DNA of 64,000 nt, from the NCBI GenBank assembly GCA_012295275.1, contig CM022667.1, positions 6,820,001 to 6,884,000 of the forward strand. The letters are read 5' to 3'. The number at the start of each line of letters is the position of its first letter. Within the stretch, counting starts at the first letter, position 1. Position numbers and translations under genes: made by a program. The notes under the pieces are model-generated. The model saw only the letters and a program-made list of their open reading frames with translations. It was not told the origin of the DNA and made no database searches. The stretch is from Chrysomallon squamiferum. Its lineage: Eukaryota; Animalia; Mollusca. Shown one piece after another: positions 13,650-27,592 of this stretch.

Positions 13650-14630
13650 TAAACTGTATTATCTAAACACTGTTTTATTTTTAACACTTTTTTTTTATTA
13701 AACACTTTTATAACTGCATTATCTAAACATGGTTCTAATTTTATCTAAGGATGATATAACTTTATCTAAACACTGTTTATATAAACACTTTTTAATCTGT
13801 ATTAAAACACTTTTTGTTATCTAAACACTGTTTTACAACTGTATTATCTAAGTGTGATATAACTATTATCTAAACACTGTTTTACAACTGTATTATCTAA
13901 ACACTGTTTTACATCTGTATTATCTAAGCATGTGATGTAACTATTATCTAAACACTTTTTTATGTTTGTTTTTATGTAAACATTTTTTACAACTGTATTA
14001 TCTAAGCCCTGTTTTACAACTGTTGTTATCTAAACCCTGTGTTGTTATCTAAGCACTGTGTTATAACTGCATTATCTAAACACTGTGTTACAACTGTATT
14101 ATCTAAACACTGTATTATCTAAATCAAACCCTTTTTACAACTGTATTATGTAAACATTTTTATAACTGTATTATCTAAACACTGTATTACAACTGTATTA
14201 TCTAAACACTGTTTTACAACTGTATTATTTAAACACTGTTGTTATCTAAGCACTGTGTTATAACTGCATTATCTAAACACTGTTACAACTGTTTTATCTA
14301 AACACTGTGTTATAACTGTATTATCTAAACCGTTTTACAACTGTGTTGTTATCTAAACACCGTTATAACTGTATTAACTAAACACTGTTTTTGTTATCTA
14401 AACCCTGTGTTACAACTATTATCTAAACCCTGTTTTACAACTATTATTTAAACACTGTATTGTTATCTAAACCATGTGTTACAAGTGTATTATCTAAACA
14501 CTGTGTTGTTGTCTAAGCCCTGTGTTACAACTGTATTATCTAAACCCTGTTACAATTGTATTATCTAAACACTGTTGTTATCTAAGCCCTGTGTTACAAC
14601 TGTATTGTTATCTAAGCCCTGTGTTACTGC
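13650..14630. repeat. Degenerate ~20-30 bp minisatellite
   Basis: Recurrent ACTGTATTATCTAAACACTGT(G/T)TTACA core, roughly 30 copies. Confidence 0.85.
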
Positions 14631-15458
14631 TGGTTTCTGTGCGTGCTGAGTGAAGGAAGGACTGGTCACAGTGAGCAGTGCCTGTCACACTGGATGAAGC
14701 TAAAACACATCTCTCACAAGTAATTCTACTGGCAGCTGTCAGCCCGCGAACTGACGAGTGACAGGGTGTCACGGCAAGACAAGATGGCTGCTATTAAATG
14801 TGACAAGTGACGTGATTAAGCATTTTTCTTTCAATCACTGGAGAGAACACTGAGGCCTCAGGCATCATGCGATTCGACAACACTTCACGGTTTTTTCTCT
14901 TTCACAATGCTCAAATATAAATCCCTTCAGAGTTTTTCTCTTTTCTGTGTATTGATCTGAACTCACAGAAAAAGTCTTAAAAGTGTGCGAGGCTGCAGTG
15001 TGGAAATCTGCAGTGAAATTTTGTTATTTACAAATCTTAGGTTTTTAATTCAGTCACACTCACACACACACACACACACACACACATACAGACATCACAC
15101 ATACACAAATAGACACAAACACACACAGACTGACACAGTTGTTCTATTGTAATTATTATTATTGTTATTGCTTTTATTATTAATTGCTATATTTAATAAT
15201 GTTGTTGTTGTTATTACTAGTAATATTAGTACTACTAGTGTTATTGTTGCTATTGTTATTATTGCTATCATCATCATCATCATCATCATTACTGTTGTGG
15301 ATCATCTACTTCATTGTAATATTTCTACACATAATTCTGTTATTTTGTTTTCAGTACTTAAGTAATATATACTGATTTTAGTAAATTAAATAACAGTAAA
15401 ATAAACAAACAACAGTAAAATAAATTATAAAATAGTAGTACAAGTAGAAGTAATAATA

Positions 15459-15503
<45 letters not shown>

Positions 15504-17174
15504 TAAAAATAATAATAATAATAATGACAACAACAATAACATTGATGACAATAACAATAAAAATGACCACATTGACCTGAAGAAGACAAACAAACATTGT
15601 TATTTAAACAAAGAAATGTCCAGTCTGTGTTGAGTTCACTGACCAGATGGACACTGTCCTAACAGTATGATGACACTGGTCTGACAGTATGACGACACCT
15701 ACTTGAAACAGACACAAAGTGACGAGGGTGAAACCAGTGATAAGTGACAAGCCTCATTTTTTGTTTACAGCTGTCACAGAACTGACCACTAAACTGACCA
15801 CTAAACTTACCACAGTGTGACCTAACACCACTGATAGGTACAACACGTCCTAACAGACTGAGCTGCTAAACGGATAATGAAATGAGTATTCAGTGCTGTT
15901 TAGATTTATAGATGTTTTCAGATCAAGTGTTTTCCTTGTCCAGCATTTTTCTCACACAGTAGAAAACTTGCTTTCAAATGTTGAAGTACAAAGTTTTCAC
16001 ATTTTTTATTTGTTTATAAAAATACACAGCAGCCCAGAGATTACAAAAATAGATTCAGATGATACATTCTTAACATTGCTCAGTTTGTTCCATCATCATC
16101 ATCATCATCATCATGGTTAGTGGTATACTTAATTCTTTCATCATCACTTCCACTAGGATAACCCCCAGTACAACTGTGATGTAGATTTACAGAAGTGTAT
16201 GGGTAGGTTTAAATAAAATATCTCTTCCTGCTGACTGATAAAAGGCAGCCATTTTTTGTCTTATTGTAATGAAACATTCTGTACAATGTTAACAGAGAAA
16301 TCTCTCAATATCTTTTTTTTTGTTTCTTTTTCTTCTTCTTGTTTTACTGTTTCTTGTTTACTTAAATCTTTCCATTAATAAAATGTTCATATTATTACTG
16401 TTATGACTACACTGGTCAATCATTTCATTATCAAAGTGCTTTAAAAAGTATATAACTAAATTCATTTATATTGTCTACATGCATGTGTATGCATATATGT
16501 ATATATCTGTGTATGTTTATATGTGTTTGTTAGTGTATGTATGTATGTATGTATGTATGTATGTATGTATATGTTTGTATACAAATATGTGTTTATGTAT
16601 TTTATGTATGTACATATGCTTAAGTGTCTGTATGTCTATGTGTTTATGTGAATATCTGTGTGAAAGTGTTATATGTTTGTGTATGTGTATATGTGTGAGT
16701 GTGTATGTCTGTAATATAAAGACTCACTCCCCAAATAAAACTGTACAATTAAAAAAAAAAGGAAATCATAGAAAAAGTCATAAAAGCCTTTGCCACTGTT
16801 CTTATCTCTTTTTGTCTACAATAAAAAGTTTTAGAATTAATAAGTTTATAAATAAACAACAGTGGTTATTATTTATTTACTTCGTTTTATTTTTATTTAT
16901 TTTTATTTTTCCCTTGATTCCATAATTTCAGCGTGTCAAATTTAACTACACCAAAACTAATAAACAAAAATAACAGAAAATTAAAAAACATAAAAGTACA
17001 TACAAATGGCTTCATAATTTCCATTAATTTCATTTTTTGTGGTTTATGATTATCATCTTCGAGTTCTGCTGTAATTAGTGTCACTTCGTCTCCGCAACGT
17101 TCAACTAGCTGTTGTTACAACGCTGCTAAAACAGCCGTGCGCTTCTGTTACACGCAGAAATAAACATGTCTTCC

Positions 17175-17285
17175 TCTTACAGGTGAAAACACACAGTTTC
17201 GTCTCATTACAGGTAAAAATACACAGTTTCGTCTCGTTACAGGTAAAAATAGACAGTTTGGTCTCGTTACAGGTAAATATCAGGT
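17175..17285. repeat. 30-bp tandem repeat, ~3.5 copies
   Basis: Unit TTACAGGTAAAAATACACAGTTTCGTCTCG. Confidence 0.8.
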
Positions 17286-18639
17286 GAATATACAGTGCCA
17301 GTTAGACTAAAAGGTAAGTTTTTATGATATCAAGCCAAATGATATTTTGAGTAATGGAAAGTTTTAATTTTCATTTTTTATCAAACTTGTCATAATATTA
17401 CCAAACATTCTTTTTTTTCAAAAACCTGTCAGTGATACCATACTGTTTTGTGACAACCAATCTTTTCTAAAAACTAATATCATCAATCACTCTAGTTATT
17501 ATTATTTTCTAAACTGCTACTAGAAGTGTCAACCAGTTTTCTAAATGACAGACTGTGTACTACCATCAACTGCCACTTCTCTGTATTACTAACAACAAAC
17601 ACAACACTTTTCCAAAAATAAACAACAAAGAAGAAATATCAAAACTCAGTTTTCTAAATGACAGACAGCAAATTAAAGCATTAATAAACAAGAAATCGTG
17701 TAGTGATTCCCAAACAGCCATTACCCACGTACAGCTGAGAAGGGTACTAATTTCCTGACAACCATTACCAAGTACAGAGTGACTGTGTTAAGCTGTTGTG
17801 TAGATAATGGCTGCTGCACACACACACACACACACACACACAGAGAGAAGTAGGCTGCTCTAACAATCACATTATTGGAAAGTCATTCCCTGGTGATTTA
17901 TTCAGCACAGTCATATCTTGAACTCAACTTGATGGCTGCGGTGATGGATGGGTGGAGTGGTGGGCCAGGCTGCGCGATACACCGGAGATGTATGGGTATT
18001 TTCGAGACATCACGCAGAAATCAATGCCAGAAGAACAATTAAAGTTATTTATTGTTAGATTAGTCTGCCATTAGCAGCACCAGGAAAAACCTACCTTGCT
18101 ATCACTGTCTGATCTGATGAAAAAACAAACCGGTTTACCAAGAAAGAAAAAGAGATTTATATAAAACAGAGAATAATGAAAATAAAACAAGCAAAATTTG
18201 TACGGATTTTAAAAAGAGATAAAGAAAGAAACAAGTAAATAATAATTAAATGAAAAACAAAACAAAGGATATTAAAAAAAAAAAAAAATGTAGTGTAAAG
18301 TAGGTTAATGTTTTATTTATTAACTTAGCTCTTTGTTCATCGACTTTTTTATTTATTACTTTTTATTTCTGACTTCTGTTATTTATTTATTTATATTAAT
18401 ATATAAACATATATTTATTTATTTTTTATTTATTTTTTATTTTTTTACCTACATGGGTTATTTATATGTTGTTTTTTTAGACTGGAGATATTTGTAAAAA
18501 ACAAATTAACTACGTGAATTTGATTTCTGGTTTGTTTGTAAAACATCAATAAAATAATGTTTTACTGTTTTCTTTAAAAAAATACAAATCAATATTGTAG
18601 TACTAACATGTTACCAAGAAGAACAAACAGTTTAAAGTT

Positions 18640-18676
<37 letters not shown>

Positions 18677-18849
18677 AGAGAGAGAGAGAAAAAAAAAACA
18701 AAAAAAACACCACTACTTACTTGTGTTATTGTATTTTGTGACATATTTAGTTTTATTTTATGTATTTCTCCACTAACTACTTAATTAATGTTTAAAACAT
18801 CTATTAACATTAGTGTTATAGAAACACATCAATATGTTTTCTCACTTTA

Positions 18850-19340
18850 TGTGTATGTGTTTGTGTGTATTTGTGTGTATGTGTGTGTATGTGTGTATAT
18901 GTTTGTGTGTTTTTGTGTGTATTTGTGTGTGTATGTATGTGCATGTGTGTATGTGCATGTGTGTGTGTCTATTTGTGTGTATGTGTGTGTATTTGTGTGT
19001 GTATCTGTGTGTGTGTATATTTGTGTGTGTCTATTTGTGTGTATGTGTGTGTGTATTTGTGTGTGTATTTGTGTGTGTATCTGTGTGTGTGTATGTATAT
19101 CTGTGTGTATATTTGTGTGTCTATTTGTGTGTATGTGTGTGTGTATTTGTGTGTGTGTTTGTGAGTGTGTTTGTGTGTATGTGTCTGTGTATCTGTGTGT
19201 GTGTGTGTCAGATTATAAAAGGAACACAGTTTGATATTTTTTAGTGTGTGTGTATCTCTTTTTGTGTGTATTTGTGTGTATCTGTGTGTATGTCTGTGTG
19301 TATGTTTGTGTGTGTATGTCTGTGTGTGTATTTGTGTGTA

Positions 19341-19371
<31 letters not shown>

Positions 19372-19405
19372 CAGATTATAAAAAGAACACAGTTTGATAT
19401 TTGTT
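18850..19405. repeat. Degenerate (TG)n tract with a duplicated unique tag
   Basis: TG/TA-rich; TCAGATTATAAAA(G/A)GAACACAGTTTGATATTT occurs at ~19208 and ~19371. Confidence 0.85.
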
Positions 19406-19920
19406 AGCGTGTGTGTAAGCGTCTGCCAGCCTGGACATGTGAAATATTTCATATTCTCTTATCTCCGACTCTTTGCCTTGTTCTGCCAGCGGATGACATC
19501 TGTGATAAATACAATTAAAAATTACTCCTGAGATGTGAGAGCTGGGAACCTGCCTGCCTCATTAATATCAATCACTTCAGACAATGGCTGCGTCAGAGAG
19601 AGATGTTCTGTAGCCAGTCATAACCCTTCACGTAACCAACGTAACCATCTGTAACCTGTTTCAACCTGGTGGGGAGAAGAAATGTAGAACCACTGTTTTT
19701 TTATGGTGTGGGGGGAGATGGAAGCTCTGTGCTGTAAACAGCTGTTGTGTTTTTTTTGTGTGGTTTTTTTGTGTTTTTAATTCCACTGATTAAAACAGTG
19801 TAAGACTCTGTACCCAGGATTTCCTTTCCAAAAGAAAGAAAATGTTTTAACAACACCCACCTGATTGTAAGACAGTATTTGTATCCCACTATACCCTGCT
19901 CATTGTAGTGTGATGTAATC

Positions 19921-20066
19921 AACCCACCCCACCCCACCCCACCCAATTTCCATTCTGTTGTACATATAACCCCCACTCCACCCCACCCCATCCCACCCCA
20001 CCTGATGTCAAATTCGTTCCCACTGCAGGTGAAATCCACCCCACCCCACCCCACCCCACCCCACCT
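19921..20066. repeat. (CCCCA)n clusters; (TGGGG)n on the minus strand
   Basis: Three runs of CCCCA-like units. Confidence 0.8.
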
Positions 20067-20925
20067 GACAGGCGGGAGAGAGAGTCAGGTGATGATGAAT
20101 GCTAATGAACTGTCTTCCAACCTGGACGTGTGGCGTGGGGCAGCACAAAAGATTTATGTTAATTCCGCTGTCAGAGAGATGAGGTCAGCCTGAGAAAAAC
20201 ATCATAATTCACTGTCAGACCTCAGACTGCACGGAGGCTCACAAATGATATGTTCCCAATGGAAGCTGATGTCGACTGACAGTTGCCACGGCGACACCAG
20301 TTCTGAAGATCCATCAGTGTCGTTTATCATTCTTATCAGCCAGGCCTGGCACTGCAACTGTCATGTGAAAACATTCCGCACTACACAGGTGGTCGTAATA
20401 GGCAGGTTGGCACACTGATGCAACGACTCGACAGAAATAGGTTTGAAAATATTAAATCAATGAAAATGAATAAAATGAAACAGAATAACAGAAATAAAAT
20501 AGGATAAGATGAAATGAAATCAGAGTAGAATAAATAAATAAATAAAAAAAAATAAAGGAAATAAACTAAAATAAATGAAATGAGTAAAATAAAATTACTT
20601 AATAAAATAGAATAAAATAAAGAAATAAATAAAGAAATTAAAAAGAAACAAAAGTATGACACTGTACTGAAATATAATATGATGTAATACAATCCATCAT
20701 AAACATCTAAAGTAAAGTAGTATTAAAAAATAAAATAAATGAATAAATAATTAAATTATTAGTACTTGTATGTTGGACAGTTTTTTTTTTTTTTTTTTTT
20801 TTTTTAATTTTTTTTTGTATTTAAATGTTTTATTACTAATTATTTAACACAGACATTATGCTGTGTTGGTTTTATACTGCAAAGTACATTCTTTATCTAT
20901 AGGTGACTGTAGTTAGCAGTAAACA

Positions 20926-21051
20926 GTATACCTGTTGATGTAAACATTTGTAAACAATGTAGAAGTATACCTGTACTGTTGATGTAAACATTTGTAAACA
21001 ATGTAGAAGTATACCTGTACTGTTGATGTAAACATTTGTAAACAATGTAGT
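20926..21051. repeat. 44-bp tandem repeat, ~3 copies
   Basis: Unit CTGTTGATGTAAACATTTGTAAACAATGTAGAAGTATACCTGTA. Confidence 0.9.
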
Positions 21052-21148
21052 AGATAACTCAAGGTACAAGTACGTGTGTGCTGGACACAGGCAGATTGGT
21101 AGATAGACAGATGAGTTTCACATTTATATAATTAGCTAATGATGAGTA

Positions 21149-21647
<499 letters not shown>

Positions 21648-22562
21648 CAAAATTAAAATAAATTTTACACAATTTTTGAATTCTTTTTGTTTTAGCTTCG
21701 TTCATTGTTAAATGGTAATTTTACCCTGTTTCTGTGTAAAAGTGACACTGAAAACTCAGCTGTTTCTGAGAGACAATCATGTGACACTGTGACAGTCAGT
21801 GGACATGTCACTCACAGACACACAGACGTAATTACAGACACACACACACACAAAAGACATAATAAAACACACACACACACACACACCAATAAACAGAAGA
21901 CAGCAGTGTTTTAAGAACAAATTAAATAAAAAGTAAAAATCACGAGACCGTGAAGCTGAGTGTTACATCAAACCTCTGTACATACAACTTTACAGGAAAG
22001 AAAAAAGTTAAAACATTTTTAAAGAAAAAAAAAGAACTAAAAGAAAAAGAGAGAAACTGATAAACCGTATTACAATAAAATAGTTGAAAACATTTGAACC
22101 AGTAGGTGTGAATTCTGTAACAATGTTGTGTCAATACCAGACAGCATCAATGTTTTAGTAAAACTAAAATAAACTGATTATAATCAGCTGCTTTAAAACT
22201 ATCAATAATGTTTTAACTAACCTTTTCATTTCCATTTTTCTTCTGCTACTGCTGTTGTTGCTGTTGTTGTGGTTGTTGTTGTTTCAGATATAAAATAAAC
22301 AGACTAGAACAAAGCGACATGACATACAAAGTTACACCTCATTTTGATCAGACAAATGCTGAGAGAGACACATGCTTGTCAATCAAATGTTGTCATAGTG
22401 ACTGGTGGCCACACCCAGTACCACCAGATCTGAGGGCAGATGTCAAGAACTTGATTACCTCCCTTTATGAATTTTAACTGGTGACAGATGTGAAAGTCAG
22501 AAGAAACATTTCCTCATTTTACAAACAATTCTCACTTTATTTATTTATTTATTTATTTATTA

Positions 22563-22598
<36 letters not shown>

Positions 22599-23054
22599 TA
22601 TTTATTTATTTTTTTATTATTTATTATTTATTATTTATTTATTATTTATTTGTTTATTTGTTTTTATTTGTTTATTTATTTATTTATCTGTTTGTTTATT
22701 TGTTTGTTTATTTGTTTATTTGTTTGTTTATTTGTTTGTTTGTTTATTTGTTTATTAATTTATTAATTTTTTTTTTTTTTTTTTTCACACACACACCACT
22801 GGATAATCACACATTTTTTTATTCTTTTAATTTTTTTTTTTTTTTGTATTTGATATAAATTCAAATAATTTATGTATTTATTTTTATTAATAAAAAATAT
22901 ATGTGTATATAATATATAAAGAAAATAAGAATAAATTTTATACATTTTCTGACAAATTTAAAATTAATTCACGTATTTTAATGAGACTGTTTATGTACTG
23001 ACTATAATAAGAATAAGAGAACATAAAAACAGTCTGTCGTCATTTATCATCAGC

Positions 23055-23972
<918 letters not shown>

Positions 23973-24469
23973 CATTTTTCTGTGCTTGCTGATGTATCTT
24001 TTGAAAACTTGTAACTCACAACATATGTGTTTGCCGACACAAATAAAAGGTAATATTTACATATAAGTGTACATTTGTAAAAATTAAACATCAAGATGTG
24101 CATGGAGGAGATTAGAACTCACAACCTTTCACCTCTGAGCCATGTGTTGTGCGCTGTCAGTGAGTGAAAACAGGAAACGTCTGAGTTAATTGGCAGGAAT
24201 TGCCAAAGAATGATAAATTTCACACTTTCATAAGTGCTACATAAACAAGTTGCTAGGTGACAGCACTCCATGATTTAATACCAGCATCTGACACATCTTT
24301 ATGTGAACATCCTTTCACCTCAAACCTCTCCTGTCAATCACTGCCTGACAGACACCCCCCTTCCTGCACACAGCCCTCCAGTCCAGTCATAACCACCCTT
24401 CATAAATCTACACCACACTGCAAACAACTGTACATCAGTTCAAACACACTGTTCACTTTTCTCTAACAA

Positions 24470-24998
24470 ACAAAACAAACACTTCAATTGTGTAACACAC
24501 TGTAGTTACAAAACACTGTAACTGTGTAACACACTGTAGTTACAAAACAAATACTGTAACTGTGTAACACACTGTAGTTACAAAACAAACACTGTAACTG
24601 TGTAACACACTGTAGTTACAAAACAAACACTACAACTGTGTAACACACTGTAGTTACAAAACAAACACTACAACTGTGTAACACACTGTAGTTACACAAC
24701 AAACACTGTAACTGTAACACACTGTAGTTACAAAACAAACACTACAACTGTGTAACACACTGTAGTTACACAACAAACACTGTAACTGTAACACACTGTA
24801 GTTACAAAACAAACACTTCAACTGTGTAACACACTGTAGTTACAAAACAAACACTACAACTGTGTAACACACTGTAGTTACAAAACAAACACTATAACTG
24901 TGTAACACATTGTAGTTACAAAACAAACACTACAACTGTGTAACACACTGTAGTTACAAAACAAACACTACAACTGCGTAACACATTGGGGTTACACT
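24470..24998. repeat. 38-bp minisatellite, ~14 copies, with an internal inverted repeat
   Basis: Unit ACAAACACTACAACTGTGTAACACACTGTAGTTACAAA (TGTAAC...GTTACA). Confidence 0.95.
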
Positions 24999-25117
24999 AT
25001 GAACACAACCTCACTAACTGAACATAACCTCACTAATTAACATATTTCATTTAAACACATAAATATATTGTATTTAAAAAACATGCAACGCAGCAAAGTA
25101 TTAAACTGTATTTGACA

Positions 25118-25657
<540 letters not shown>

Positions 25658-25830
25658 AAACAGATACACAATGATGCAGCACCACTGTAAAGTAGATGTA
25701 AAATACTGGGTCAGTGGTGAACTGGGTTCTGGTAAAACAGCTGGTATGTTTTCATCTGTAATGTGATGATTGCTATACAATCACTGATTACAAAGATGAG
25801 GTTAGAAGCTAAATAAATTTAGATACATAT

Positions 25831-26263
25831 CAAACATCTGATACACTGGTGTGTTTGATACATCTGATACACTGGTGTGTTTGAAACATCTGATATATTG
25901 GTGTGTTTGAAATATCTGATATATTGGTGTGTTTGAAACATCTGATACACTGGTGTGTTTGAAACATCTGATACACTGGTGTGTTTGAAACATCTGATAC
26001 ATTGGTGAGTTTGAAACATCTGATACATTGGTGTGTTTGAAACATCTGATACATCTGGTACAGTTATGTTAAAGTGGGTACTGTGGTACAGTTATGTTAA
26101 AACATCTGGTACATTGTTATGTTAAAACATCTACTGTGGTATAGTTATGTTAAAGTGGGTACAGTTATGTTAAAGTGGGTACAGTTATGTTAAAGTGGGT
26201 ACAGTTATGTTAAAGTGGGTACAGTTATGTTAAAGTGGGTACAGTTATGTTAAAGTGGGTACA
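25831..26263. repeat. Abutting 26-bp (~8.5 copies) and 20-bp minisatellites
   Basis: AAACATCTGATACACTGGTGTGTTTG followed by GGTACAGTTATGTTAAAGTG, with hybrid units at 26050-26140. Confidence 0.9.
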
Positions 26264-26316
26264 TGTGTACATTAGTTTATCTATATTTGAATTTACACCT
26301 GTCTGTTCTATTACTT

Positions 26317-26350
<34 letters not shown>

Positions 26351-27248
26351 TACATATATACATGCATGCATACACACACATAAACATTATATATATACAT
26401 TCATGCATGTACTCACAAAAACATCTGTGTATAATTATGTTTCTTTGAGTTAATCAATTATAAAAACAAACTAATAACAATAATAATAGTAACAGTAGCA
26501 GTAGCATTAACAGTAACAATAAAATCATAATTAATGAATAAATTAATAAGTGAAAAATAAGAAAGAAAGAAATGAGTAGACAAATGTGTAATGAACAAGT
26601 TAATTCACAGCAATGACAAACTGATGAATAAAATTAAAACAAATAAATATAAATGTGTAACAACATACAATGTAAATACAAATAAATGTACAACAAAATA
26701 CAAAATTATAAAATTAAATGTATAACCAAAGAAATAAAAAAAATAATTGCACAACAAGTATAAAAGTAAAGTTAAACTGTGACAGGTAAATGACTTGTAA
26801 GAGAAGGTGAAAACAAACAAACTGCTGTTGGATTCTAATGGGAGGTAACTGAAATACAAATTGGTTAATGAATAAACTAAACAGTTTGGAGATGCTGAAA
26901 AAAAAAGATCAAAGTGGAAATCAATAATCATGTACAGAAAGCATGCAGTACAGCTGAGGTTAGCTAAATATTTAGAGAAACTTTAACTTGCAGCCAATTT
27001 GTGTTGTGTGTGTTAATTACACCTGACTCAGCTGCACTGGCTGTCAGTGATGTGGAAAGTGAACCACAATTAAAAACAACTAATTAAATGTTTGTGTAAG
27101 GATGTGATAGTGTGGATGGGTGGATGAATTACTGAAGAGTAAAAGAATATTAAATGGATGGATGGATGGATGGATGAATGATATTTATTCTTTCATTTGT
27201 CGATCAATTTATTTCAACACTAAGACTAATTTAAAGCATTCTTTGTTC

Positions 27249-27592
27249 AATAGCAACACGTTTGTCTACATCATTCACAACATTCACAACACTTGATCAT
27301 ACATCACAGCGCAACAACAGCAACATGTTGGCTACATCATTCACAACATTCGCAACACTTGATCATACATCACAGCGCAACAACAGCAACATGTTTGTCT
27401 ACATCATTCACAACATTCGCAACACTTGATCATACATCACAGCGCAACAACAGCAACACGTTTGTCTACATCATTCACAACATTCGCAACACTTGATCAT
27501 ACATCACAGCGCAACAACAGCAACATGTTTGTCTACATCATTCACAACATTCGCAACACTTGATCATACATCACAGCGCAACAACAGCAACA
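27249..27592. repeat. 67-bp minisatellite, ~5 copies
   Basis: ACTTGATCAT recurs at 27291, 27357, 27424, 27491 and 27558. Confidence 0.95.

Noticed and set aside
15570-15600. Possible recursive splice site or cryptic acceptor TTTGTTTGTCTTCTTCAG|GTCAAT on the minus strand
   Set aside because: Good acceptor, but the regenerated donor is weak and the downstream sequence is simple repeat; unsupported without nascent RNA data.
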